A stretch of DNA of 64,000 bases, taken from NCBI RefSeq assembly GCF_902459465.1, contig NC_047076.1:7998001-8062000 (forward strand). The letters run 5' to 3'. Below the pieces are notes generated by a model that made no database searches, had not been told where the DNA came from, and saw only the letters and a list, made by a program, of their open reading frames with translations. Shown here one piece after another: positions 12,711 through 23,348 of the stretch. Source of the DNA: Asterias rubens (lineage: Eukaryota). The first letter of the stretch is position 1. Each line of letters begins with the position of its first letter. The position numbers were made by a program, and so were the translations under genes.

Positions 12711-14941
12711 GCTATAGCCAAAGCCAAAGTTTTTATTTCACGACTAACTAGTAAAGTGAGGCTGGAAGGAACAATTATCGTCTGGATCCTTTTGTACTGA
12801 TTCTGTGTTTCCATCATTACACAAAATAGAAGACAGGGTGTCTGTCCAAACTTTTATTGAATGAGGTCCCACTCCCCATTCACTCATTGTAAACAATCTG
12901 CGTTCGAATCTAGTGTGGGGTGAAATAGGCTACAGTTCCTGACTATTCTTAACAATTATTTAACCAGAATCTTTTGTGAATACCATTTTTTCCCTTTCAC
13001 CTTCACTGCAAGTCAGTGACAATTTCTTTTTTCTTTTTTTGTATCTCCACCATACCAGGGTCCAGCAATTTCCAAACAAAATGGAGTGGGCCCTGTGATG
13101 TGATTACCAAGTCTGTGACATTCACAACAAAATTAACGACCACAAAATGAGCTGCCACAAAATGATAAAAAAACTATCAGGACAAACTACTCATAGGATT
13201 CCAGTATCTGCAATCACTACAGCAGAAAGTGCACACACAAAAAAGCCCCACACACAACAATTGCGCTCCGCCAATAAAGGCAGCCCTGTGCACACACAAC
13301 TCGGGACCCAGTCAACCAAGTCCTATTTCAATTATTTGCCGGTTCTGATAATGTTGGGGGTCAATATCCACTCAGTTTGCTCCGTGGAAACAGGGTGGGG
13401 AATTGGCTTGGAATGATAGTATCAATGAAGTGGTTGATTGAAAATACTTGACATGGTCTATTAAGGTTCTGAAGGATGCATGCCAAAAAAGGGAACCAAT
13501 ACTTTTGAGTCTCTCAAACAGGCATCGGGGGAAAAAAATCCTAGAAATAAGTGGGCGCTCGGAATGAAGAAGACAAAGGCTCGGAATGAAGAAGAAGAAA
13601 AAGAAAAATTCCCCATGAATGGAGGGGGGGGGGGTCGTTCAGCCTGCAGAATGCGTGAGAAAATAAAATCTACGTGATTCGTATCATGCTGGTCTTTTCA
13701 TCGGTGTCCAAACAGATCCGGAAAGAAAGAAAGAAAAAGAAAGAAAACGACGACAGTCGTAATTTTTCTCCCCTCCCGTCACCAACACCCTGCATGCCTG
13801 GCGAAATGCAAAAGAAGAAAAAAAAAAGCTGAGAACGTCGACCAGTCTATGGTCGGTCGTTAAGCCAAGCATGCATAAAGGCTTAGGTAAACTTTGCCAG
13901 TTTGGTCCCTCAGGCAGCACTGGAGATGAAAGAACCATTCTATTAGTGTCGCTGCGGTGGACACTAATACGAGATCCAAACGTCACTGACAGGTCGCGGA
14001 CAAAAGCCGATTGCCACCTTAAGTCAACTTTACAACTTCCCTGGGGCTTTTTGGAGTGGGGCTCTCTCACACACAGGAAGTTTTTACTCTTGACGAGTGT
14101 TGAAAGTGTTGAAGTTGATATTTGATTGGATTTTGATTATGGTTTGGAAGAGAGGGAAAGAAAAAAAAGAGGTATTGAATAAAATGTCCTCTGGTAGCCG
14201 AAGCTAGCCCTGGCGATGGTAACCAATACTTTGTTGGCCTTGCATAACATTGTGGAATGGGGGGGGGGATAATGATGGAAGTTTGTTTGCGGCCAAAGGA
14301 GACTCGGAGGGTGAAGTGAAGGTTCTGTGGGACCTCAGGGTATTTAAGTGGCAATGCCTGGGGTTAAATGAAGCGAAAAACGATTGACATATTGCGTATT
14401 ATGCTTCATTCATACATCGTAATTCAAGTGTGCATTTTCAATTTTCATTCATACGTAAAATAAATTCCAAAACAGGAATTTGGGGGGGGGATATAAATGG
14501 CAATAACTGTCTTTACAAATTTAAAAATAAATGTCACTATTAGAAAAGAGAAAACAGTTTTTATACCTTAAAAAAAACCTTCAAATTAACTAAGACTTTT
14601 TGGAAATATTTTGTGTTTGTACTGATGTCCCACCATCCCCTTGTTTTATGGTCATTCATTCATTTAACATATATTTCCATATCACAGAAAGACGAAGCTA
14701 CAGAAGTACATGCAGAAAATAGACTTATTATATTAAGTAAAACTAACAAACAAAAGAGTCATGCAAAATGGCCAAATAATAAACAAGAACTTAAAGAGAA
14801 AGTGATATTGGGGTAAATCCCCAAAGGCAGCAGAGCTTTGGGAGGCGTGCCTTACAGGACAGAAAGACAGACAAACAAGCGACAACAAAAATGAGCAAAA
14901 AACAAGTAATAAATGATTGTTTTAGCCCAGCAATGTATTTA

Positions 14942-15220
<279 letters not shown>

Positions 15221-15621
15221 TTACATGCCGCATTACTGCAACTCAAGGTCTTAAACTTGGCATTTCAAATAGCGCAGCAATTTTCCTCTGGTAAGGGAAA
15301 TGTTACCTTGTAATGAACCTTGCGCACAGGGCACTACTGCAACTGCTGTGGGCGCCATGGGTTGTTTCAAGACTTGCAACACGTTTATCAATGAAGCAAA
15401 ATTAAATAAGGAATCAATCATAAGTTGATTTTACATTGCGTTTTTACGTGTCTTTGCTGGAAACCATGCAGGGTGATACCAACCCACCCGGGAAAACACA
15501 CAAGTTTCCAAATGGAAGGGGGACCGAAGCGAGTGTTCCCGATTAACAAAATTTACACTTAGATCAAATAATAACTTAACAACAAATAAATAACGGTAAA
15601 CAGTCAACTTAGTTTGAGCAG

Positions 15622-15863
15622 GGGCCAATTTCAAAGAGCTGCTTAAGCAAAAACTTTGCTTAAGCACGAAAATAGCTCGCTTATTTTACACATGTTACTG
15701 GCCAAAATTTCATGCCATATACATTGCTTATGACTAGTATTTAGCTGTTGTTTACTTAGCATAACAATTGAGTGGAGTCTTGGCCGGTAATCTGATTTTA
15801 CTAAGCAATTAATTTTTTGCTTAAGCAAAATTTTGTGCTTAAGCAGCTCTATGAAATTGGGCC
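15622..15863. mobile_element. MITE family C (GG(G/C)CCAATTTCA TIR; PIF/Harbinger-like by CWG flanks)
   Basis: GGGCCAATTTCAAAGAGCTGCTTAAGCA ... TGCTTAAGCAGCTCTATGAAATTGGGCC; flanked by CAG and CTG. The superfamily assignment is an inference. Confidence 0.8.
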
Positions 15864-15904
15864 CTGGTCTTTAGTTGTTGGGGGAGCCGGCCGGGCAAGC
15901 TTGC

Positions 15905-16120
15905 TTTTACCAAATAACACAGCAAGGATTTGAACTGCCTCTAGCTACTGGGCAATCTTGGTGATCTAGTTAGTATGACACACTCTAAAATTGCAAAGGT
16001 TGTGGGTTTGATCCCCACCCGAGTAAAAAGCCTGTGTGGTTTTTTTTCTCCACTAAGCTCGGGAAAGTACTGAGTGTACAGTGCTAACCACACATCGGTG
16101 TATATGGGTAAAACCAAAAT
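15905..16120 (+). mobile_element. Diverged monomer of tRNA-containing repeat T1
   Basis: GGATTTGAACTGCCTCTAGCTACTGGGCAA...CCCACCCGAGTAA...CTCGGGAAAGTACTGAGT...CACATCGGTGTA matches the unit at 28197-28454. Confidence 0.85.
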
Positions 16121-16453
16121 GGATGTAACAACCCAAGCTATATCCAGAATTTCAGGGGGCACCAAGGCCAGGCAAAACATGGTCAATGCAGACCATGAAA
16201 GGGGCACAGTCTCCATGGAATGCTGTGCCTCTAGATTGAAGTCTGAGTCACAGAGTGTGTCTCTAAAAATCCATATTCTCCCCCCCCCCCATTCATCCCA
16301 GGTAATTTTTACTAAATTGATTGATTACAGCTTTACTCAGTTCTAACAGTTTTACATGAAACTTAAACGGCGGAAATTGGTGAGTGAATTCCATATCCTT
16401 AGGAATCTTTTGGGAATGAGATGCTCCAATTTACTTGTGAAACCAATTTTCAT

Positions 16454-17030
16454 AAGTAAGCAGTGCAATGATCTGGAAAGGGTGCAAAAGCGCGCATGCA
16501 GAATTATTCTTGGCAATGACTACGTGCGCTACTCAGACGCTCTACAATTGTGCAGTATTGTAACACTGGTATGCCGTCGTAACCACTTGTGCCAATCTTT
16601 TGCCAAAACTCTCCCTTCATCAGTCCTAAAGCACCTCTTGCCACAGAGGTATGATAGTGGGTACCAACTTAGGAACTCCGGACTTCTGGGTCAGTTCAAA
16701 TGCCGAACAGAGCGCTATAGAAAGAGCCCTCTCCCTCACCTCACACGCCTTTTTAACAACTGAATTGCAATAGAATGCAGCTTTTTATGCGCCCTTTGAC
16801 TGTGCCAGCAATATTTTTATCCAGGTTTTTTTCCCCGCAACTTTCAGAACAACTTATTTTATACATTGTAAATATTTGTCTCTCCTTAATCAATTATTTC
16901 TTAAATAATGTGAAATAGTGTGTTTTTTTCTTATTTTTTAATCTCTGTATATTTTCCTGTAATTCGACCTCCGGTCGCCATGGGAATTTGTTTTTAAAAT
17001 AATAAACCAATTATGAATGAATGAATGAAT
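16454..17030 (+). mobile_element. 5'-truncated L2/CR1-group LINE: ORF2 C-terminus, 3' UTR and (TGAA)n tail
   Basis: LERVQKRACRIILG..Y..AL....L..RR..LC..FA...LLP....LRN...CRTERYRKSPLPHLTRLFNN* (stop at 16763) is the typical post-RT C-terminus of CR1/L2-type ORF2; the element ends in a TGAA tandem tail at ~17013-17030. It is antisense to SMARCD. Confidence 0.85.
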
Positions 17031-17214
17031 CTTTTAGTAGAGCGTACCTTCCGACTTTAAATGCATAAAAAAAGAACCAATTCCTAATTTCATAAAGCTG
17101 CTTTTCACGCAGGAAATATTGCTTAAAAAAGTGTTTTGCTAAAGGGGGAGGTGGGGGGGGGGGCACATTTCAGATTTCTATACTTCTTTGGATACTAGAA
17201 TGTGAACATTCTTC

Positions 17215-17589
17215 TTAAAGACACTGGACACTAATGGTAATTGTCAAAGACCACTAGACCAGTCTTCTCACTTGGTGTATCTCAACATAACAAACCTGTG
17301 AAAATTTGAGCCCAATCGGTCGTCGAAGTTGCAAGATATGAATGAAATATTAAACACCCTTGTCACACGAAGTTGTGTGCTTTCAGATGCTTGATTTCGA
17401 GACCTTAAATTCTAAATCTGAGATGAATTCCTGGAAAAAGTACTTCTTTCCCCAAAACTACGTTACTTCAGAGGGGGCAGCTTCTCACACTGTTGTATAC
17501 TATCAACAGCTCTCCATTACTCGTTACCAAGTAAGTTTTTATGCTAAAAATTATTTGGAGTAACTACCAATAGTGTCCACTGCCTTTAA
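17215..17589 (+). mobile_element. MITE family A, near full length
   Basis: TTAAAGACACTGGACAC ... GTGTCCACTGCCTTTAA. Confidence 0.9.
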
Positions 17590-18176
17590 GCACAAAATAA
17601 TATAAAAGTATCAATGCTTCAAGGTTAAAAAACAACAACAATCTAAGCGAATTCATAAAACATGAATACTTCTGAATGGTCCCTTAACACTTTTTATCAA
17701 TAAATAAATAAATAAATCAATCAATCAATGAATCAATGGAGTTTGGGTAGCAATTTGAATGAAGTTGCACAGATTTTGTAAAAATTTCAGTTGGGGAATT
17801 CAAATCATCAGTCATTACCCTTTTTGAGGTCTCTGACCCCCCATCGGTCAAAAACCACAAATTAGTGAACATCCGAACCTTTCACACTGAATAAATGCAT
17901 TTATTTTGTTTTCTCTTCAGTATTTTTGTTGGATCGTACCGGGTTGGGTTCATGAATGAATGAAACGCCAACATTTATTGATCCTCGGATGATTTTGAAC
18001 AGCGATCATTCAGAAATGTGAACTGGGCAAACAACACAGTGGCATGCACATAAAAAGAAAAACAAATTTGACGCAGAACATTTTGAACAACACCCTTTTC
18101 GTAACCGCTTCCACATTTACTCCTTTTTACTCTTCAGACCAAACCCTCCTCCTCTATCAACCAAATTTATTGAAAA

Positions 18177-18353
18177 CATCTGAAAGCACACAAATTTGTG
18201 CAATAAGGGTGTTTTTTCATTTATTATTCTCTTGCAACTTCGACGACCGATTGAGCTCAAATTTTCACAGGTTTGTTCTTCTATGCATGTGTTGAGATGC
18301 ACCAAGTGAGCAGACTGGTCTTGACTATTACCAAAGGTGTCCAGTGCCTTTAA
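18177..18353 (-). mobile_element. MITE family A, half copy
   Basis: Family-A core from CATCTGAAAGCACAC to GTGTCCAGTGCCTTTAA. Confidence 0.8.
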
Positions 18354-18582
18354 GCATGATCAATTTCAGTGAACTCCAAGCTGTCCAATCAACCCTTCTG
18401 GCTGCTTTTGTTAACATACTGTACTTACTATAATTTGGACACCAAATCTTTCTCAATTAACAGCGAATTTGGCCAAAAGTTTTTTTCAGCTTCTGGTAAC
18501 ATGATGTAAAATACTGTAAACTGTTCAACATGGCACACCTTAATTTACAACACACCGGATAAAGTACCACTCTGGGCCCTCA

Positions 18583-18600
18583 CTCTCTCTCTCTCTCTCT
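18583..18600. repeat. (CT)n microsatellite
   Basis: Direct reading of the sequence. Confidence 0.9.
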
Positions 18601-19344
18601 AGAGGCTTACGATGTCTGTGCAATGTTTGTTTTGGTTTTTCTTTAGATTTTTGAGATCGCTAATGAAGGTTTGTTAACAAAGTAGCTTTCTTCTAACCAG
18701 TAGGGGGGCCAGACACAATAGGACAATATGTAATGTGTTTATACAGGATGTAAACAGGGCATTGACTGTGGGAATTCTTTCTTCCGTGGATGCGATTTTG
18801 CCTGATTAGACGGTCTCCACCATACAATATCTACACTATATTTACACAGGCTGATAATTTGTATATTTTGAAAAGGCACAGCATTTTTTTCTGAAAATAG
18901 GGCACGTTAATGAGGGAAAAGTATTTTTAATGGACCATTTTCAGAGGCATCAGGGCATTGACCAAGGGCATGGAGACAATTTACCCAGAAAACAGTGCTC
19001 ATAAATTGTACATGTGGGTTGGTAGTTTAGCTGGTAACCTTATTATGGTAAGCATAATTTTGTTGTGCTTAGCTGCTTTTTATGCTTAAGCAGCTTTATG
19101 AAATCGGGTCTAGGTCACTGAAGTGATTACACTTGGGTTTATTGCTCACTAAAAACTCAACACTCAAACCATTGGACTCTAATTAGGGTATGCCTGATTC
19201 CATACAACAGTATAACATCAGTTTACTAGTGCAGTACTCAGTCCAACACCATTCAGTAACTCAACACTCAAACTGTTGGACTCTGATTATGGTGGTATGC
19301 CGGATCCGATGTAAAGCATGATCAGTTTACTAGTGCAGCTGATT

Positions 19345-19742
19345 TAATAACTTTCAGATTTATATAGCGCCTAATAACTAACACTTAATTCTCTAAGCGC
19401 TTAAACAAATTCTTATATAGCGCATTTCACAACAACCGTATCAATGCGCTTTACATTAGTGCCCTGGTCATAGGGCCAATAACATCCCTTTTTAATGTTT
19501 CTCAGCTCCCTTGGGAGTATCAACCTGGGCAACAGTTTATATCGCTCCAAAGGCATTTTCATTCACAATATCAACCTCTACCCTCGCAGGTACCCATTTA
19601 TTCCCCTGGGTGAAGAGAAGCAATTATAGTAAAGAATCTTGCTCAAGGATACAAGTGTCACGACCGGGATTCGAACCCACACTCCAGTGAATTCGCACCA
19701 GAACTTGAATTCGATGCTCTTAACCACTCGGCCATGACACTC
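19345..19742 (-). mobile_element. tRNA-derived SINE with CORE/Meta-like central domain and L2-like tail
   Basis: On the minus strand: A box TGGCCGAGTGG, B box GGGTTCGAATCCC, body GTGACACTTGT.TCCTTGAGCAAG...CTTCACCCAGGGG.ATAAATGGGTACC, tail GCGCTATATAA. The domain name is from recall of SINE superfamilies. Confidence 0.85.
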
Positions 19743-19745
19743 TAC

Positions 19746-19912
19746 ATTTCACGAAACGCTAGGATTAATCCTATCTTGAGTTAGGATGAGTAACCCGTCC
19801 TAACTAAGGATGGGTCCAATGTGTCCTACGCCTTTGGATACGGAACTTAACTCATTCTAAGTCCTAAGTAAGATTAATCCTAAGTTAGGAATAGTTTTGT
19901 TGAAATCGACGG
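19746..19912. mobile_element. Diverged hairpin MITE (family H)
   Basis: ATTTCACGAAAC ... TTGAAATCGACGG with TAGGA/TCCTAA internal palindromes, as in 22822-22968. Confidence 0.7.
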
Positions 19913-20170
19913 CTGATCTCATGTAAAGCATGATCAGTTTACTAGTGCCGTCCACAGTCCAACACTATACAGTAACTCAACACCCAAACAGTTGGACTCT
20001 GATTATGGTGGTATGCATTATGATCACGTTTAAAAGAATAATCAAAGTACAGTGGCTATGTCCAAGTTAATCAAACAAAACATGCTGATGGTTTTTGATT
20101 GTTTTTTTGGGAGTGTTAGAGGCGAGGGAATCCACACAGATTATTCCCTAGGAAAATGATCTTTCAATAC

Positions 20171-20310
20171 CTTTGTCCTTTATTCTTGGCATCTGAGGGG
20201 TGAGCATGGCGCTTGCGAGACTGGTCCATTCCTGGGCCCATGGAGCTCCTCATACCTGCATAGGGAGGGGGCATTCCTGGGGCCATACGCTGGCTGGAAC
20301 TCCCTGGTCT
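20171..20310 (-). CDS. SMARCD1: SMARCD/BAF60 internal coding exon (Pro/Gly/Met-rich N-terminal region)
   Basis: Encodes RPGSSSQRMAPGMPPPYAGMRSSMGPGMDQSRKRHAHPSDAKNKGQ; RPG and GMDQSRKR match SMARCD1. Acceptor cctatttctacag, donor AAG|gtattg. The 140-nt exon ends in phase 2, matching the phase-2 start of the 15167 exon. Confidence 0.9.
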
Positions 20311-20400
20311 CTGTAGAAATAGGACAACAAATCGTTCATAAAAAAAACAGCTTCTCCAAGTTTTTAACCAAAAATTCAGATACAAAATAAAACTCACATA

Positions 20401-20643
20401 GGCCCAATTTCATAGAGCTGCTTAGCACAAAAATTTGCTCACCAATTTCTTCCTTGATAAAAACAGGATTACCAACCAAATTTTCATTTGTTGCATATTG
20501 CTTGTTACAGGTATTCAGCTGTTGTTTGCTTATATATATCCAGAAAATCATGTGGAAATTTGGTTGGTAATCCTGTTTTTATCAAGGCAAACAATTTCAT
20601 GCTAAGCAAATTTTTGTGCTTAGCCGCTCTATGAAATTGGGCC
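20401..20643. mobile_element. MITE family C
   Basis: GGCCCAATTTCATAGAGCTGCTTAGCACAAAAATTTGCT ... AGCAAATTTTTGTGCTTAGCCGCTCTATGAAATTGGGCC. Confidence 0.85.
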
Positions 20644-20689
20644 CTGGTGAGGTTTGCAGTAGTACAGTCTGTATATCTCTTTGATTAGT

Positions 20690-20843
20690 AGTGTTGGTTC
20701 TGAGAAGAACCGGTGGTTGACAACCGGTCTTCAGGGTATGCCCAAAACGCTAAGCCTACATGTAGCTTATCCTATTCCTGTTCCCGCTTTTGTGCATCAT
20801 TGAGCCAAGACCAACTACCAATAAATCTCCAAGGCAGTACTTC
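20690..20843 (-). mobile_element. Penelope-like repeat remnant with partial hammerhead core
   Basis: The minus strand reads CTGAAGAC at ~20725-20732; the GGTTCTGAGAAGAACC hairpin is shared with 32312-32329; GTGTTGGTT is mirrored by AACCAACAC at ~21264. The Penelope link is an inference. Confidence 0.4.
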
Positions 20844-21195
20844 TTAAAGGATTTGGGTACTTTTTCAAAATGTCCATAGATTTACTGGGTTTGAAGATAA
20901 TGATAGTGGAAAGCTTCCCTTCAAATATTACTTACTGAGGTGCTGTAGTTTTTGAGAAATGAGTAAAACAATGTAATGAAAATACGTTTGAAAATGCTTA
21001 AAATAATTTTGGTCTCATGAGACGAAAATTAATTTTCATGACATTGTTTTACTCATTACCCCAAAACTACAGCACCTCAGCACGTATCATTTTCAGGGAA
21101 GCTTTCTACTATCATTATCTTCAAACTGTGTAAGTTTAGTGTAAATCTGTAGACATTGTGTTTTTTGTCCTACAAAAAGTACATACACCCTTTAA
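20844..21195. mobile_element. MITE family B: long imperfect palindrome with TTAA-AGG termini
   Basis: TTAAAGGA...GGTACTTTTT / AAAAAGTAC...CCTTTAA; inverted arms GAAGATAATGATAG..GAAAGCTTCCC and CTGAGGTGCTGTAGTTTT..GAGTAAAACAATGT.ATGAAAAT are mirrored on the right. Confidence 0.9.
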
Positions 21196-21199
21196 GCAG

Positions 21200-21350
21200 C
21201 ATATTGCAATGAAGTCCTGCATCCTCCTGAAGACGATCAGTATAAACTGATCAAATTTTCAAAACCAACACTCCTCTGGGAAATGTACACATGGTGCTAC
21301 CACAAACCTCACCTGATGATACACCAACCATGCAAAGTTTCAAATCCTTA
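21200..21350 (+). mobile_element. Penelope-like repeat remnant with degenerate hammerhead
   Basis: CCTGAAGAC-GATCAG-TATAAA-CTGATC-AAA; downstream ACACATGGTGCTACCACAAACC...ACCATGCAAAGTTTCAAATCC aligns with 32385-32453. Confidence 0.5.
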
Positions 21351-21549
21351 AAAAAATTCACATAGATCACAGCTAAGCTACATGTATTTCAATTTTACTA
21401 TCACTTGCAAAGTTCCCTTTGAATACAAGCTGAAACTTCTTTAAAGAATCCTTATTATAATTTCATATGGATGGAACCTCACTTTTTTACCTAACACTCT
21501 TTTTTTGGAACATTTACCCGAATGCCATATATACCAATACCCTTAAAAT

Positions 21550-21700
21550 CCTCTGGACTAGCAAAGGTTGTGGGTTGAAATCCCACCAGGATGTTATATG
21601 CCTGTGTATTTTTTTACACAGAACTCAGTGGTAAACAGTGATTTACACAAATCGCTGTATGGGTATTCTTAATCCCCAATGCAAATTTTACAGATCTATA
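21550..21700 (+). mobile_element. Highly diverged T1 repeat monomer
   Basis: GTTGTGGGTTGAAATCCCACC...ATGCCTGTG.ATTTTTTT.CACAGAACTC...TGTATGGGTA...ATTCTT.ATCCCCAATGCAAATTT. Confidence 0.7.
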
Positions 21701-22821
21701 ATACATTTCACAAACTTTTCACAAACTTTTCATATATAGCTGAAAAGGCTTGCTGAGCATGGCTGGAAAAAGAATGGGTCACCCGTCGAAATAACATGCA
21801 ATTGAGAATTAATAAGGACCCTGGCTGCCTGCAAAATCATGCTTAGCAAATAAACACTGACAATTCTTGCTTAGTACAAAATAACATGTGATGCATTTGA
21901 CTGGTTCCCTGCTCAACAGGTTGAACAACAAAACAAGCATACAGCAGGTAAAAAAAACACAGAGAACGCAACCACAAATATGACGCCAATCTCTGAAGCG
22001 ACAAAACCGCCATGTCCAAAGTGTATCCGATCCGATACATTGCGCACGTGTGCGTATACACAAAAATACATAAACTTGAACTCGCAGTGAATACGAAGCG
22101 TGCACAACATGAGAGTTCTCGATAGAAGAAAAAAACCTAACACCCTTTATTTCCTGTAACTTTCCTTGAAAAAAAAATAACAACAACAGTATCAGCGAAA
22201 AAGGTCAGTAACAATGGAAAAAGAAAACAGCGGGTGGAAAACGGGGCTCATTGTGTGAAGTTGTGACCTACTAACTCAGCGGGTGAAAGCAAACCTACAC
22301 GGGATAAAAAGAAAAAAACGTGGCCTATAAAAATACTACCTGCCGTGGTTTACGTAGTGCAACAATAGGTGCATCAGCTAGAATCCACATAACTGAATAT
22401 CTGGGCGTGATAATTACCTCTCATGCAGCAGACCTACTCTTATTCTAAAGTGCTTACGTAGGTGTACTCTCTATGTAGGCCATGGGGCCTATTACACAGT
22501 TTTCAAGCGTGTAATGGGGTTTTGTGTTGAGCAACTTTACCAAACGCACAACATGATGGATTCGGGGACGACCCATGGGCGTATCGGTCCATCCCCCCCC
22601 CCCCCCACCCTAGTAAAGAAAAGAATAACACAGGAAAGTGGTTTACAAAATAGGTCGTGGTGGAAGTTGAACTAGGAATGCTTGGTGGTGGTATAGCCTG
22701 GGATTGCACATGACCTCCGCTTTCCCTGATCTTGGTCTTGGGACCCCTTCAGAAGTTTCCAAAAGAATTGCGCCCTTTACAAAATGAAAATGGCCTTGCC
22801 CTTTCAAAGTTGAAACTCCAG

Positions 22822-22968
22822 GGGTAGATTTCACAAAGAGTTAGGACTAGTCTTATCTCAAGTTAGGACCAGTTACTCGTCCTAACTTAGGACTAACCAT
22901 TCAATTTGTATATCTCCTAGGACTAGTCCTAAGTTAGGACTAGTCCTAACTCTTTGTGAAATCGACCC
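22822..22968. mobile_element. Hairpin MITE family H
   Basis: GGGTAGATTTCACAAAGAGTTAGGACTAG ... CTAGTCCTAACTCTTTGTGAAATCGACCC; ~29-bp TIR with one mismatch. Confidence 0.9.
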
Positions 22969-23095
22969 CCGGCCAGTTACTGTTGCTTGATGAGTTGTGG
23001 GAGGAAGTGTAATATCATCGGAGAGATGCTTGATACACCAATTACATCCTTAGAGGGTCTCAATTGGGGGTAAATAAAGCTATCTTAATCAGGCC

Positions 23096-23348
23096 AGTTT
23101 CTGTCATATCCATCCTCTGGTACCTCCTTAGTAGAAGAAGGTCCCAGTTGGGGGTATACAGATACCCCATTGAAGGTAGTTTCTGTCATAACCATCTTCT
23201 GATACCTCCTTTAAAGAAGAGGGTTCAAGCTGGGGTATACAGTATCCCATTTGAGTATAGTTTCTGTCCCACCTTCCAGTGACTGTTACCTCCTTGATGA
23301 GGGTCAAATTCAGGTGTGTTTCTTTAAGCCTCCCATTTGGGATAGTTT
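23096..23348. repeat. Diverged ~82-bp tandem repeat x 3
   Basis: AGTTTCTGTC at 23096, 23178 and 23259, each followed by a ..TACCTCCTT.. motif and a CCCATT-type motif. Confidence 0.75.

Larger units (their letters stand above)
19145..20020. repeat. ~100-bp tandem repeat interrupted by a SINE and a hairpin MITE
   Basis: AACTCAACAC.CAAAC..TTGGACTCT.ATTA and ATCAGTTTACTAGTGC occur twice in 19145-19337 and again in 19920-20020. Confidence 0.75.

Noticed and set aside
20250-20258. Cryptic donor GCAG|GTATGA inside the SMARCD exon
   Set aside because: Use of this donor would shift the frame and skip the conserved GMDQSRKR; there is no evidence without RNA data.
22503-22600. MDRYAHGSSPNPS... as SMARCD exon 1
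   Set aside because: The only nearby donor is in phase 1, but phase 0 is required; no sequence similarity.
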